Below, piece after piece: positions 53,481 through 63,280 of a DNA stretch of 64,000 nt. A program made the position numbers and the translations under genes. Position 1 is the stretch's first letter. Every line of letters begins with the position of its first letter. Location: contig DASQOZ010000015.1 of the NCBI GenBank assembly GCA_035644195.1, positions 7,580-71,579 on the forward strand. The letters are read 5' to 3'. The stretch is from Candidatus Methylomirabilota bacterium (GTDB lineage: Bacteria > Verrucomicrobiota > Verrucomicrobiia > Limisphaerales > UBA11358). The notes beneath the pieces were generated by a model that was not told the origin of the DNA, ran no database searches, and saw only the letters and a list, made by a program, of their open reading frames with translations.

Positions 53481-54724
53481 TCACCGAACGCACGCATTGC
53501 CGCACTTGCGGCTCAAAAAATCTCAAGCTCATCCTCGACCTCGGCAAGACCGCGCTCGTGAATGATTTTCTCAAACCCGAAGAAGTGGCAAATTACAAAA
53601 TCTCGCTGCCGCTGCGCGTGGTGCTTTGCACGGATTGTTCGCTGGTGCAGCTCGCCGACACCGTTGACCCGAAAATTCTTTATTCGCATTATGCCTACGT
53701 CACCTCCACGTCCAAAACAATGGACACGCACCTGAACAAAATGATGACGCATCTGCTCTCAACCGCGCGGCTGGGCAGCGGCTCAAAAGTTTTGGAAATC
53801 GCATCGAACACAGGCGTGTTCCTGAAAAAATTCAAGGAGCAAGGCTGCGAAGTTCTCGGGGTTGAACCCGCCGGCAACATCGCCGATGTCGCGCTCGCGA
53901 CGGCGATTCCCACGCGCAAGGAATTTTTCAATTCCGCGACCGCAAAAAAATTGAAAGCGGAATGGGGCGCGGCGGATTTGATTCTCGGCCGCCACGTTTT
54001 CGCGCACATTGACGATTTGAAAGATTTGGTCGCGGGCTTGGAGGCGGTTTCGCGCGCGGAAACATTGATCGCGTTTGAAGTGCCTTACGTCGTGGATTTC
54101 TTTGAGCACACGGAATACGACACGATTTATCACGAGCATCTTTCCTACATTTCCGTCGCGTCCATCGAGGCGCTGGTGAAGGACTCTGCGTTCATGCTCG
54201 CGCGCGTGGATCATTATCCGATCCACGGCGGCTCAATTTTGTTTCATCTGCGGCATCGCTCATCAAAGGCGAAACCGCACGCAAGCGTGGCGCAGGCGTT
54301 GGAAAAAGAAAAACAAATGCGCCTCGCCGAACCGGCGACTTGGGAAAATTTCGCGCAACGCGTGAACCACATCCGCACCGAACTGCCCGCGCTGTTGCGA
54401 AAATTAAAATTGCAGGGCAAGCGCATCATCGGCTACGGCGCGTCGGCGAAAGGGAACACGTTGCTCAACACCTGCGGCATCACGACGAAGGAACTTGATT
54501 ACATCATTGATAACACGCCGTTCAAGCAGAACAAGATCGCTCCCGGCTCATGGATTCCAGTGCGTCCGCCGGAAATGTTGTTGAACGACCAGCCGGATTA
54601 CGCGCTGCTGCTGGCGTGGAATTTCGCGCCGGAAATCATCAAAAGAGAGACGGAATTTCAAAAGCGCGGCGGACGTTTCATCCTGCCGATTCCCGAACCG
54701 AAAATTGTTGAGCCAGCAGCTTGA
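53477..54724 (+). CDS. NDP-sugar C-methyltransferase (Zn-ribbon + class I SAM MTase + C-MT C-terminal domain)
   Basis: It has 'CRTCGSKNL', 'VLEIASNTGVF' and a C-terminal 'IIGYGASAKGNTLLN...LLLAWNF'. The ATGA overlaps the upstream stop. Confidence 0.8.
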   Translation: MITERTHCRTCGSKNLKLILDLGKTALVNDFLKPEEVANYKISLPLRVVLCTDCSLVQLADTVDPKILYSHYAYVTSTSKTMDTHLNKMMTHLLSTARLGSGSKVLEIASNTGVFLKKFKEQGCEVLGVEPAGNIADVALATAIPTRKEFFNSATAKKLKAEWGAADLILGRHVFAHIDDLKDLVAGLEAVSRAETLIAFEVPYVVDFFEHTEYDTIYHEHLSYISVASIEALVKDSAFMLARVDHYPIHGGSILFHLRHRSSKAKPHASVAQALEKEKQMRLAEPATWENFAQRVNHIRTELPALLRKLKLQGKRIIGYGASAKGNTLLNTCGITTKELDYIIDNTPFKQNKIAPGSWIPVRPPEMLLNDQPDYALLLAWNFAPEIIKRETEFQKRGGRFILPIPEPKIVEPAA

Positions 54725-54733
54725 AGAAATATT

Positions 54734-55774
54734 ATGTCCGCCGACATTAGCCTGGTCATTCTCAACTACAATGGCGCGCAGTGGCTTGACCGCTGCCTAG
54801 AATCCATCTGCTGTCAAACGGCAGCCGGCCGGTTGGAGGTCATCATCACGGACAATGGTTCCACAGATGAATCGCGTGCCATTTGCGAGCGGTTCGTCCC
54901 ACGTCTGCCCGCACTGCGTTTCATCAATAATGGGAAGAATCTCTGGTATTGCGAGGCGAACAACATCGGCGCGGCGTCCGCGCGTTCGCCGCTGGTTTTC
55001 ATCCTGAACAACGACCTCTGGCTGGAACCGGATTGCGTGGAGACTTTATTAAAGCACTCGGACGAAAGGCCGGACGTTCAATTGTTCTCGCCCCGTGTCT
55101 TAAATTACGATGGTGACATTTTTCAAGGTTTTGGAGCCCGCGGGCTGGATTGGCTTGGCATATGTTCGAGCACGCCGGACCATGCCATGCCGCGCGAATT
55201 GTTTTCGGGATTCGGCTGCGCGTTTGTGATCCGCAAAGATTATTTTTTTAAAGTGGGCGCTTATCCGCCGGAGTTGCTGATTTACGGCGATGAACTGGAT
55301 TTGGGCTGGCGGGTGCTGGCGTCCGGCAGACGGGTCATCAGCACGCCGTCTGCGAAGGTGCATCACCGCGGCGCGGCGGTGGCGAATCCGGCGGGCGGAA
55401 CGAAGCACGTCGAACTGCGCACGAACGAGATGAAACGCTTTCTGTCTGTCCGCAACGGCCTCCTGCTACTGCTGAAAAATTGCCAGCACATTTTGCTGCT
55501 AATGCTGATTCCACACCTTTTGATGTTGGGTTGCGAGGCTCTGTTTTTTCTGATGCTGACGCGCAATTGGAAATTTGTGCGCAACTCTTATGTCGCAGGT
55601 GTCGTCCAGGCTTTCGGCATGACGCATCATGTGCGTGCGTGGCGGCAAAAAAACCGGAGTTTGCGCCGGCACGGCGATTTTTGGATGTTACGCTTCCTGT
55701 ATCTGAAGCCTGGACGCTGGGGTGAGGCAATGGAAGTGTTCCGGCTGGGCGTGCCCAAAGTCGAGCAACGTTAA
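54734..55774 (+). CDS. family 2 glycosyltransferase
   Basis: It has 'ISLVILNYNGAQWLDRCLESI' and 'IITDNGSTDES'. Confidence 0.85.
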   Translation: MSADISLVILNYNGAQWLDRCLESICCQTAAGRLEVIITDNGSTDESRAICERFVPRLPALRFINNGKNLWYCEANNIGAASARSPLVFILNNDLWLEPDCVETLLKHSDERPDVQLFSPRVLNYDGDIFQGFGARGLDWLGICSSTPDHAMPRELFSGFGCAFVIRKDYFFKVGAYPPELLIYGDELDLGWRVLASGRRVISTPSAKVHHRGAAVANPAGGTKHVELRTNEMKRFLSVRNGLLLLLKNCQHILLLMLIPHLLMLGCEALFFLMLTRNWKFVRNSYVAGVVQAFGMTHHVRAWRQKNRSLRRHGDFWMLRFLYLKPGRWGEAMEVFRLGVPKVEQR

Positions 55775-55809
55775 GAACTCATGGATCAATTGGTTCCTTG
55801 AACGCAAAT

Positions 55810-56553
55810 ATGTTTTACGAGATTAAAATCGCTTTAAGAACAATCCGCAGGGAAGGTGTCGGCTCCTTGTGCAGGAAATTCGGCGTTTATTTTCGTGACA
55901 TCGCCTCCGGAATTGTTTTCTTTTGTCAAGGTCTGCCCCGTAATGGCTCCCCGGATCAGCTAGTTGACTTCAGTTTTGACACAGCTGGAAAATTTCTCCA
56001 GTTGACGCAGGTGCGTTCGGAAATCATACAATTGGCCGCCGTGTTGAAACAATTCCAACCTCGAACGGTGGTAGAAATCGGAACTGCCCACGGAGGCACG
56101 TTATTTCTATGGTGTGCATTGGCACACCCCGAAGCCACTATAGTCAGCATTGATTTGCCGGGCGGCATTCACGGCGGCGGATATCCTTATTGGAAGACTT
56201 GGGTTTACCGCCGTTTTCCCATTCGCAGCCAGAAATTGTATTTACTACGAGGTGATTCGCAAGCTCCAGAGATATTGACCAGATTGAAGACGTTTCTGCC
56301 GGATGGGAAAGTGGATTTCTTGTTCATTGACGGAAACCATACTTATGAAGGTGTCAAAGCGGACTTCCAAAACTATGCACCATTGGTTTCAAAAGGCGGG
56401 CTGGTTGTATTCCATGACATTTGCACCATTCCAACCGAGGTCAATTGTCAGGTTGATGAATTTTGGAATGAAATAAAAAATAACTATCGGCATGTGGAAT
56501 TCATTGAGAACCCCAATCAAGAAAAATGTGGCATCGGTGTGATATTTCTCTGA
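55810..56553 (+). CDS. class I SAM-dependent methyltransferase (CmcI/Methyltransf_24-like)
   Basis: It has 'VVEIGTAHGGTLFLW' and 'FLFIDGNHTYEGVKADF'. Confidence 0.75.
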   Translation: MFYEIKIALRTIRREGVGSLCRKFGVYFRDIASGIVFFCQGLPRNGSPDQLVDFSFDTAGKFLQLTQVRSEIIQLAAVLKQFQPRTVVEIGTAHGGTLFLWCALAHPEATIVSIDLPGGIHGGGYPYWKTWVYRRFPIRSQKLYLLRGDSQAPEILTRLKTFLPDGKVDFLFIDGNHTYEGVKADFQNYAPLVSKGGLVVFHDICTIPTEVNCQVDEFWNEIKNNYRHVEFIENPNQEKCGIGVIFL

Positions 56554-56632
56554 TTTCGATTCGCACTAATATGTTTATACAATCCATCTGCCAGTTTTTC
56601 CAGCGGTAAGCCTTTGCAGTTGCTGCCTTGTC

Positions 56633-57640
56633 TTAACGAACCAACGCCGCCCATGAATGGGGCAGGTTCTTGCTGACTTCAATGCCCTCGAACAGTTTGC
56701 CCTGCCGCGCACCGGTTTTCTTCGCCCACGCCGCCATGCGCGCCACGCCCTCTTCCAGCGAAATATTCTTGATCAAGTCGCCGAAATGCCTGTGAACTTT
56801 TTCGTGCGCGGAATAGGCATGGACAACTTCGTTGCGCATTTCAAGATGTTTAATTTGCAGTTCTGCCCCCATCGCTTTAGCAACGACAGTTGCAAGCTCT
56901 TTGACGGAATAAGGCTTGTCCGCGCCGACGTTGAAAATTTGATTGTAACTTTTTTCGCGCGCAATGCTCGCGGCAATCACCGGCGCGACGTCGTCAATGT
57001 AGCTGAACGCGCGCGTTTGTTTGCCGTCGCCGAAAATTGTCATGGACTGGCCTTGCATGATTTGGTTCATGAAAATGCCGATGACATTGCGGTAACGGTC
57101 GCCGATGTTTTGAAATTCGCCATAAACATTGTGCGGACGGAAAATCACATAATTCAGCCCGAACATTTCGTGCGCCTCCTTCAAATCCAGTTCGACGGCG
57201 TATTTGGCGATGCCATAAGGGTCTTCTGGCTGCGGCGTCGCATCCTCGGTCATTGGCAACTGATTTTTTCCATAAACCGCGATGGACGACGTAAACACAA
57301 AGCATTTCACACCATGATTTACCGAAGCATTGATGAGATTGATACTGCCGAGCAAATTGTTCGTGTAATTGAAATGCTTGATGAAATGGCTCAAACCTTC
57401 GGCGGCATAAGCGGCAAGATGAAAAACGTAATCGAATTTATTTTCTGTAAACAATTTTTTGACAAGCGCCGTGTCCGTAACCGAGCCTTCAACAAATTTA
57501 ATCCCATCGGGAACGTAATCGTGGAAGCCGCCGCTCAAGTCATCCAGGCCAATCACTTGATGACCTGCTTTGAGCAAATGTCTGCAAATGTGCGAGCCAA
57601 TAAATCCTGCTGCACCGGTGACCAAAACTTGTGAATTCAT
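56633..57640 (-). CDS. NAD-dependent sugar epimerase/dehydratase
   Basis: It has 'VLVTGAAGFIGSH' and 'YGIAKYAVE'. The start is taken at 'MNSQVLV'. Confidence 0.85.
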   Translation of the reverse strand: MNSQVLVTGAAGFIGSHICRHLLKAGHQVIGLDDLSGGFHDYVPDGIKFVEGSVTDTALVKKLFTENKFDYVFHLAAYAAEGLSHFIKHFNYTNNLLGSINLINASVNHGVKCFVFTSSIAVYGKNQLPMTEDATPQPEDPYGIAKYAVELDLKEAHEMFGLNYVIFRPHNVYGEFQNIGDRYRNVIGIFMNQIMQGQSMTIFGDGKQTRAFSYIDDVAPVIAASIAREKSYNQIFNVGADKPYSVKELATVVAKAMGAELQIKHLEMRNEVVHAYSAHEKVHRHFGDLIKNISLEEGVARMAAWAKKTGARQGKLFEGIEVSKNLPHSWAALVR

Positions 57641-57755
57641 GCGGCGAATGCTAGCGGGTGGGCGTGTGGCGGTCGATTTTTTTTGAATGCGCGATTTCAC
57701 CGGTTGTCTTGACACTCACAGCAAGCGCAATAAGAATACATCGTTTGCCAATTAT

Positions 57756-60587
57756 ATGAAAACTGCCAAATCAAAAACTGCGCCGACGGTTCGCCGATTT
57801 TTTTCCGCTCCGGCGCTATTGGCAATCGTTTTGGCCATCCTCTTTTGGAAAAGTTTCTTGCCCGGTTATGTTCATTTTTCAAATGACGGACCGCTGGCAC
57901 AGCAAAACGCCGCTTATCTTCAACTTCCCGGGGCATTCACCGGCTGTTGGGACGATTTGAATGGCATTGGGATCAATTCAGGGGCATTTTCCCCAAGTAT
58001 CACGGCAGGCATTCGATGGATTCTTGATTCCCTTGGTTTGGGTGCCGTCGGCTTTTCAAAATTTTTCCAGCCCATCGCATTGTTCATACTCGGCTTGGGT
58101 GCGTGGACTTTTTTTCGGCAATTAAAACTCTCGCCGCTGGCGGCAGTGCTTGGCGGTTTGGCCGTGATGTTGAACTCAACTTATTTCTCGAACGCGTGCT
58201 GGGGAGTCGCTTCGCAAGAAATTGCCGTGGGGATGTGTTATTTTGCGCTGGCTTTGGTTGTTTCCAATTCTTCGGAAACGCCGCCGTTGATTCGTTGGAT
58301 GCGGATTGCGTTCGCTGGCCTAGCGGTCGGCATCAACGTAATGGAAGGCGCAGACAATGGTGCGATTTTTAGTTTATTTATTGCTGCATTTGTTTTGTTC
58401 AAAGCACTGTTGGAAGAAAGCCGACCGGTTTGGTTAAAATTAAGCAGCGGCATCATACGAATTGTTGTTATTGCCGTGTTCGCCGCGTTTATCGCCGCGC
58501 AAACCATTGTTGCATTGGTCGGCGTGGCCATTGTCGGTGTCGCGGGCGCGCAGCAAACTCCCGAAGCCAAGGCAAAAAATTGGGACTTCGCGACGCAATG
58601 GAGCCTGCCAAAAGTCGAGACGTTCAGTTTATTTGTGCCGGGCTTGTTCGGCTATCGCATGGACACGCCAAAAGATGCAAGCTGGCTTGGAGAAAGTTAT
58701 CGGGGCGGCAATTATTGGGGAGCGGTTGGGCGCGACCCGGCTTGGGACCGATATTTTGCCAGCGATAAACAAACTCCTCCTGATGGAAATGTTCACTATA
58801 TCCGTTTTTCTGGAGGTGGCAATTACTGCGGCGTTTTGGTGATGTTGATCGCGTTTTGGGCGTTGGCGCAATCGTTTCGCCGGCGCGATTCGGTTTTTAC
58901 TGATTCGCAGCGCAAGTTCATTTGGTTTTGGACGGTGATTTGCATTTTTACAATTCTTCTGGCATGGGGACGATTCGCGCCGTTCTACCAGCTTTTTTAC
59001 ATGCTGCCTTATTCCTCAACGATGCGAAATCCCGCAAAATTTATTTCAGTGTTCTCCTGGGCATTTCTCATCCTGTTCGCCCATGGCGTTCACGGTTTGT
59101 GCCGGCGTTATCTGGAAGCTCCGGCAACAAATGTAAAATCCTCCGTGGCACAACTCCAAAGCTGGTGGAAAAACGCCCGCAGTTTCGACCGCAAATGGAC
59201 TGTCGGTTGCGGAATTGCATTTGCCGCGAGCGTGTGCGCGTGGATTGTCTATGCATCGGAAAAACCGGCACTCGTAAATTATCTGCAAACTGTTCAATTT
59301 GGCAGAGACATGGCGGAGGGGATTGCCGCCTTCAGCATTTCACAGGCCGGATGGTTTCTTCTAATTTTCGCGGTGGCGATTTTGCTTTGCATTCTGGTCA
59401 TCGCCGGAATTTTTTCCGGCAAACGCGCGCGGTTGGGCGGCATTTTACTTGGTGCGCTGTTGCTGGTTGATTTGGTGCGCGCCGATTTGCCGTGGATTGT
59501 TCATTGGAATTATCCGGTGAAATATCAGAACAATCCTGTCGTGGATTTTCTGCGTGAAAAACCTTACGAACATCGCGTTATAGATTTGCCATTTTCCGCA
59601 GCGCCACATTTGCCGCAATACGATGATTACTGGGAAGAACTTTATCGCATCGAATGGATTCAACAGCTATTTCCTTATTACAACGTTCAATCGCTGGATT
59701 ATGTCCAAAATCCGCGTCCACCAATGGACATCGTGGCTTTTAGCGAAGCGCTCGCGCCAAACGGAACGTCAGACTCCCTATACCTTTTGGCGCGCAATTG
59801 GATGTTGTCCAACAACCGTTATTTTCTCGGCCCGACAGCCATTCAACTGCCGGGCGGCAATGTGAACACACTGTCATTTCTAAACGATGGTCTCGACCCT
59901 GAACAAAAACGTTTCCACGTCGTTCAACAATTCGACATCGCGCCTAAAGAAGGTGTCGAGCAAATCCACGAGTTGGAGCAATTCACTGCGGTTACAAACG
60001 ACAATGGCGGCTGCGCGCTGTTTGAATTCACCGGCGCGCTCCCGCGTGCAAAACTTTATTCCAATTGGGAAACCAACAGCCCCGCCACGCTGAAAGGATT
60101 TTCCACAAATGGATTGACCGCGCGCGATTTGGATGTTTTCAACAATGTCGGCACAAATGATTTTTTCACGTTGAAAAAACTTGCGTCGCCGTCATTCGAT
60201 CCAAGGCAAACCGTTTTGCTTTCCGACCCGCTGCCCGTTCCGTCCGCAGGAACGAACCAAAATTACGGCACGGTCGAATTCAAAAGCTATTCGCCGAAGA
60301 AAATCGTTCTCTCCACGCAGGCCGCCACGCCGACCGTGCTCCTGCTCAACGACAAATATGATCCTCATTGGCGCGTCTGGGTGGATGGAAAATCCGCGCC
60401 GCTGTTCCGCGCCAACTTCATCATGCGCGGTGTCTATCTGCCTGCCGGCCCGCACACCGTCGAATTTTATTTTACACTTCCCAGCAGGCCGCTTTACATC
60501 AGCCTTACAGCCATCGGCGTTGGAATTCTTTTGTCAGGTCTTTTGATTTTTCTGACGCGCAAACCGAAAACTTCGGACAAAAAATAA
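57756..60587 (+). CDS. large polytopic membrane protein, possibly GT-C/YfhO-like glycosyltransferase
   Basis: It is ~943 aa with many TM helices in the first ~600 aa, a soluble C-terminal domain and a terminal TM. It sits inside the glycan cluster. Confidence 0.6.
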   Translation: MKTAKSKTAPTVRRFFSAPALLAIVLAILFWKSFLPGYVHFSNDGPLAQQNAAYLQLPGAFTGCWDDLNGIGINSGAFSPSITAGIRWILDSLGLGAVGFSKFFQPIALFILGLGAWTFFRQLKLSPLAAVLGGLAVMLNSTYFSNACWGVASQEIAVGMCYFALALVVSNSSETPPLIRWMRIAFAGLAVGINVMEGADNGAIFSLFIAAFVLFKALLEESRPVWLKLSSGIIRIVVIAVFAAFIAAQTIVALVGVAIVGVAGAQQTPEAKAKNWDFATQWSLPKVETFSLFVPGLFGYRMDTPKDASWLGESYRGGNYWGAVGRDPAWDRYFASDKQTPPDGNVHYIRFSGGGNYCGVLVMLIAFWALAQSFRRRDSVFTDSQRKFIWFWTVICIFTILLAWGRFAPFYQLFYMLPYSSTMRNPAKFISVFSWAFLILFAHGVHGLCRRYLEAPATNVKSSVAQLQSWWKNARSFDRKWTVGCGIAFAASVCAWIVYASEKPALVNYLQTVQFGRDMAEGIAAFSISQAGWFLLIFAVAILLCILVIAGIFSGKRARLGGILLGALLLVDLVRADLPWIVHWNYPVKYQNNPVVDFLREKPYEHRVIDLPFSAAPHLPQYDDYWEELYRIEWIQQLFPYYNVQSLDYVQNPRPPMDIVAFSEALAPNGTSDSLYLLARNWMLSNNRYFLGPTAIQLPGGNVNTLSFLNDGLDPEQKRFHVVQQFDIAPKEGVEQIHELEQFTAVTNDNGGCALFEFTGALPRAKLYSNWETNSPATLKGFSTNGLTARDLDVFNNVGTNDFFTLKKLASPSFDPRQTVLLSDPLPVPSAGTNQNYGTVEFKSYSPKKIVLSTQAATPTVLLLNDKYDPHWRVWVDGKSAPLFRANFIMRGVYLPAGPHTVEFYFTLPSRPLYISLTAIGVGILLSGLLIFLTRKPKTSDKK

Positions 60588-60589
60588 AA

Positions 60590-61522
60590 ATGAAAATCCT
60601 TATCACCGGCGGCGCCGGCTATCTCGGTTCGATTTTGACGCCTACGCTTCTGACGCAAGGGCATGAAGTGACTGTGCTGGATAATTTTTACTTCAACCAG
60701 AATTCGCTGCTCGATTGCTGCCAATTTGAAAAATTTTCTGTCGTTCGCGGCGATTGCCGTGAAGAATCTGTCGTCAAGCCGCTTGTCGCAAAAGCCGATT
60801 TGATCATCCCGCTCGCCGCGCTTGTCGGCGTGCCGATTTGCAATACCGACCAGATCGCCACGAAAACGACCAATCAGGACGCGGTTGAAATGATTTGCCG
60901 CCTCGCTGGCAAACAACAGTGTGTCATCATGCCGGTCACGAACAGCGGCTACGGCATCGGTGAAAAAGGAAAATTCTGCACCGAAGAAACGTCGCTCAAG
61001 CCGATTTCAAGTTACGGCATCACCAAAGTCAAAGCCGAGGAAGCCGTGCTGTCGCGCGAGAACAGCATCAGCTTTCGACTCGCCACCGTGTTCGGCTGCG
61101 CGCCGCGCATGAGGCTGGATTTGCTGGTGAACGATTTTGTTTATCGCGCCGTCCATGACCGCGCCGTTTTGATTTTCGAGGGGCATTTCAAACGCAATTA
61201 CATCCACATCCGCGACGTGGCGCGCGCATTTTTGCACGGCATCGCCAACTTTGAAAAAATGAAGGGCAAGCCTTACAACGTCGGTTTGGATGACGTGAAT
61301 TTGTCCAAGCTCGAACTGTGCGCCGTCATCCAAAAACATTTGCCGAAATTTGTTTTCGTAGAAGCACCGATTGGTGAAGACCCGGACAAGCGTGATTACA
61401 TCGTGAGCAACGCGCGGATTCTCGCCACAGGTTTCAAGCCAGAATGGAATCTGGATCGCGGCATCGTGGAACTTGTCAAGGGCTTCACGATTTTGCGGAA
61501 CACCATTTACTCGAACGTTTGA
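60590..61522 (+). CDS. NAD-dependent sugar epimerase/dehydratase/reductase
   Basis: It starts 'MKILITGGAGYLGS' at ATG 60590, 3 nt after the upstream stop. Confidence 0.85.
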   Translation: MKILITGGAGYLGSILTPTLLTQGHEVTVLDNFYFNQNSLLDCCQFEKFSVVRGDCREESVVKPLVAKADLIIPLAALVGVPICNTDQIATKTTNQDAVEMICRLAGKQQCVIMPVTNSGYGIGEKGKFCTEETSLKPISSYGITKVKAEEAVLSRENSISFRLATVFGCAPRMRLDLLVNDFVYRAVHDRAVLIFEGHFKRNYIHIRDVARAFLHGIANFEKMKGKPYNVGLDDVNLSKLELCAVIQKHLPKFVFVEAPIGEDPDKRDYIVSNARILATGFKPEWNLDRGIVELVKGFTILRNTIYSNV

Positions 61523-61533
61523 TCCGTCCCGCC

Positions 61534-62283
61534 GTGAGCGTTTCGCCTGAAAAAACCGCCGCCGTCATTCTCGCGGGCGGCTTCGGCACGCGCATCAAAC
61601 ATCTGCTTGGCGATTTGCCCAAACCGATGGCGTCCGTGAACGGCAGGCCATTTATCAAATGGATTGTGCGCTGGCTTGCCGCGCAAAAAATTCAGAATGT
61701 GATTTTGTCCACCGGCTATTTGTCAGAAACGATTGAAAGACATTTTCAATCGCAACCCGTCGCGGGCGTCAAAGTAACTTGCGTTCCTGAAACCATGCCG
61801 CTCGGCACGGCGGGCGGATTTTTGAACGCCGTGCATCAGAGCAAAATAAATTCGTCCGCCTGGTTTTTGCTCAATGGCGACACGCTGGCTTTTGCAAATC
61901 TGGCCGATGCGACGAATCAATTGCGCGACGAATCAATCGCGGGCGTGATTTTTGGCCGCGAAGTCGCCGACACCAGCCGTTATGGCAGCTTGATTGCTGA
62001 TTCGACCGGCAAGCTCGCCGGCTTCGCCGAAAAACGTCCGGGTCAGGGCGTCGTCAGCACCGGCATTTATCTTTTCCGCGATTCGCTGCTGAAAAATTTT
62101 CCCGCGCAAATTCCCCTGAGTCTCGAACAGCAGGTTTTTCCGGCGTTGACGGCGGCGGGCGTATCGTTAAAAGTGCTGCGGATGAATGCGCCCTTTTTAG
62201 ACATCGGCACGCCGGACACGCTGTGCGAGGCGGACGCTTTCATCCGGCAAAACATCGCTCAATTTCAACCCGAAATCGCATGA
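61534..62283 (+). CDS. sugar-1-phosphate nucleotidyltransferase (HddC-like)
   Basis: It has 'AVILAGGFGTRIKHLLGDLPKPM'. The start is uncertain, with GTG 61534 and TTG 61519 both possible. Confidence 0.75.
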   Translation: MSVSPEKTAAVILAGGFGTRIKHLLGDLPKPMASVNGRPFIKWIVRWLAAQKIQNVILSTGYLSETIERHFQSQPVAGVKVTCVPETMPLGTAGGFLNAVHQSKINSSAWFLLNGDTLAFANLADATNQLRDESIAGVIFGREVADTSRYGSLIADSTGKLAGFAEKRPGQGVVSTGIYLFRDSLLKNFPAQIPLSLEQQVFPALTAAGVSLKVLRMNAPFLDIGTPDTLCEADAFIRQNIAQFQPEIA

Positions 62284-63260
62284 TCATCTCCCGCGCCCCG
62301 GTGCGCATCAGTTTTTTTGGCGGCGGCACGGACTATCCTGAATATTTTTTGAAGGAAGGCGGCGCAGTGCTGGCGACGGCCATTGACAAATTTTCCTACG
62401 TCACGGCCAGTCCGTTCTTGAGCCACCTGTTCGATTATTCGATGCGCATTTCGTATCGCAAAGTGGAACTGGTCAAGGAAGTCCACCACATCGAGCACAA
62501 TGTTTTTCGCGAATGTCTCAAGCTCTGCAAATTTGAACGCGACATCGAGCTGCACAATTTCGCCGACCTGCCGTCGTTCACCGGGCTGGGTTCATCGTCG
62601 GCATTCACCGTTTCGCTGTTGCAGGCATTGCATACTTTCAAGGGACAATTTCTTTGCCCGCAAGAACTGGCCTGCGAAGCCATCAACGTCGAGCGTCACA
62701 TTTTGAAGGACAATGTCGGCTGCCAGGATCAGGTGCTTTCGGCCTACGGTGGATTCAATCTCGTGGAATTCCGCACGGAAAAAGATTTTGTCGTCAACCG
62801 CGTGCCGCTGCCGCCGCAACGGCTGGCGGATTTTGAATCGCATCTTTTTCTCGTTTTCACGGGCATCACGCGCAAGGCCTCGGACGTGGTCGCGCATCAA
62901 TTGAAACGCATGGGTCAAAATTTGCCCGCATTGCGCGCGATGCGCGTGATGGTTTATGAAGGCCATGACATTTTGGTTTCGGGACGGCCATTGCGCGAAT
63001 TTGGCGAACTGCTGCACCAAGCATGGGAAGCCAAGCGCGGCCTCGACGGGGGTGTTTCCAACGCGGAGATTGACACGATTTATGCCGCTGGGCAGAAAGC
63101 CGGCGCGTGGGGCGGAAAACTGCTCGGTGCGGGCGGGGGCGGATTCATGCTTTTCTTTGCGCCGCCGGAAACGCACGCGAAGTTGCGCCATGTTTTTGCC
63201 GGACGCCAGATTCTCAACGTAAAAATCAACGCTCCCGGCTCACAGATTATTTTTTCGTAG
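62280..63260 (+). CDS. GHMP sugar kinase (HddA-like heptose-7-phosphate kinase)
   Basis: It has 'IISRAPVRISFFGGGTDYPEY', 'GLGSSSAF' and 'KLLGAGGGGF'. The ATGA overlaps the upstream stop. Confidence 0.8.
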   Translation: MIISRAPVRISFFGGGTDYPEYFLKEGGAVLATAIDKFSYVTASPFLSHLFDYSMRISYRKVELVKEVHHIEHNVFRECLKLCKFERDIELHNFADLPSFTGLGSSSAFTVSLLQALHTFKGQFLCPQELACEAINVERHILKDNVGCQDQVLSAYGGFNLVEFRTEKDFVVNRVPLPPQRLADFESHLFLVFTGITRKASDVVAHQLKRMGQNLPALRAMRVMVYEGHDILVSGRPLREFGELLHQAWEAKRGLDGGVSNAEIDTIYAAGQKAGAWGGKLLGAGGGGFMLFFAPPETHAKLRHVFAGRQILNVKINAPGSQIIFS

Positions 63261-63280
63261 CCCGAAATACTGCGCGAAAA

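Noticed and set aside
57707-57736. Promoter TTGACA-N17-AAGAAT upstream of the large membrane protein
   Set aside because: The -35 hexamer is perfect, but no spacing gives a -10 hexamer that satisfies TAnnnT. This is too weak to list as a feature.
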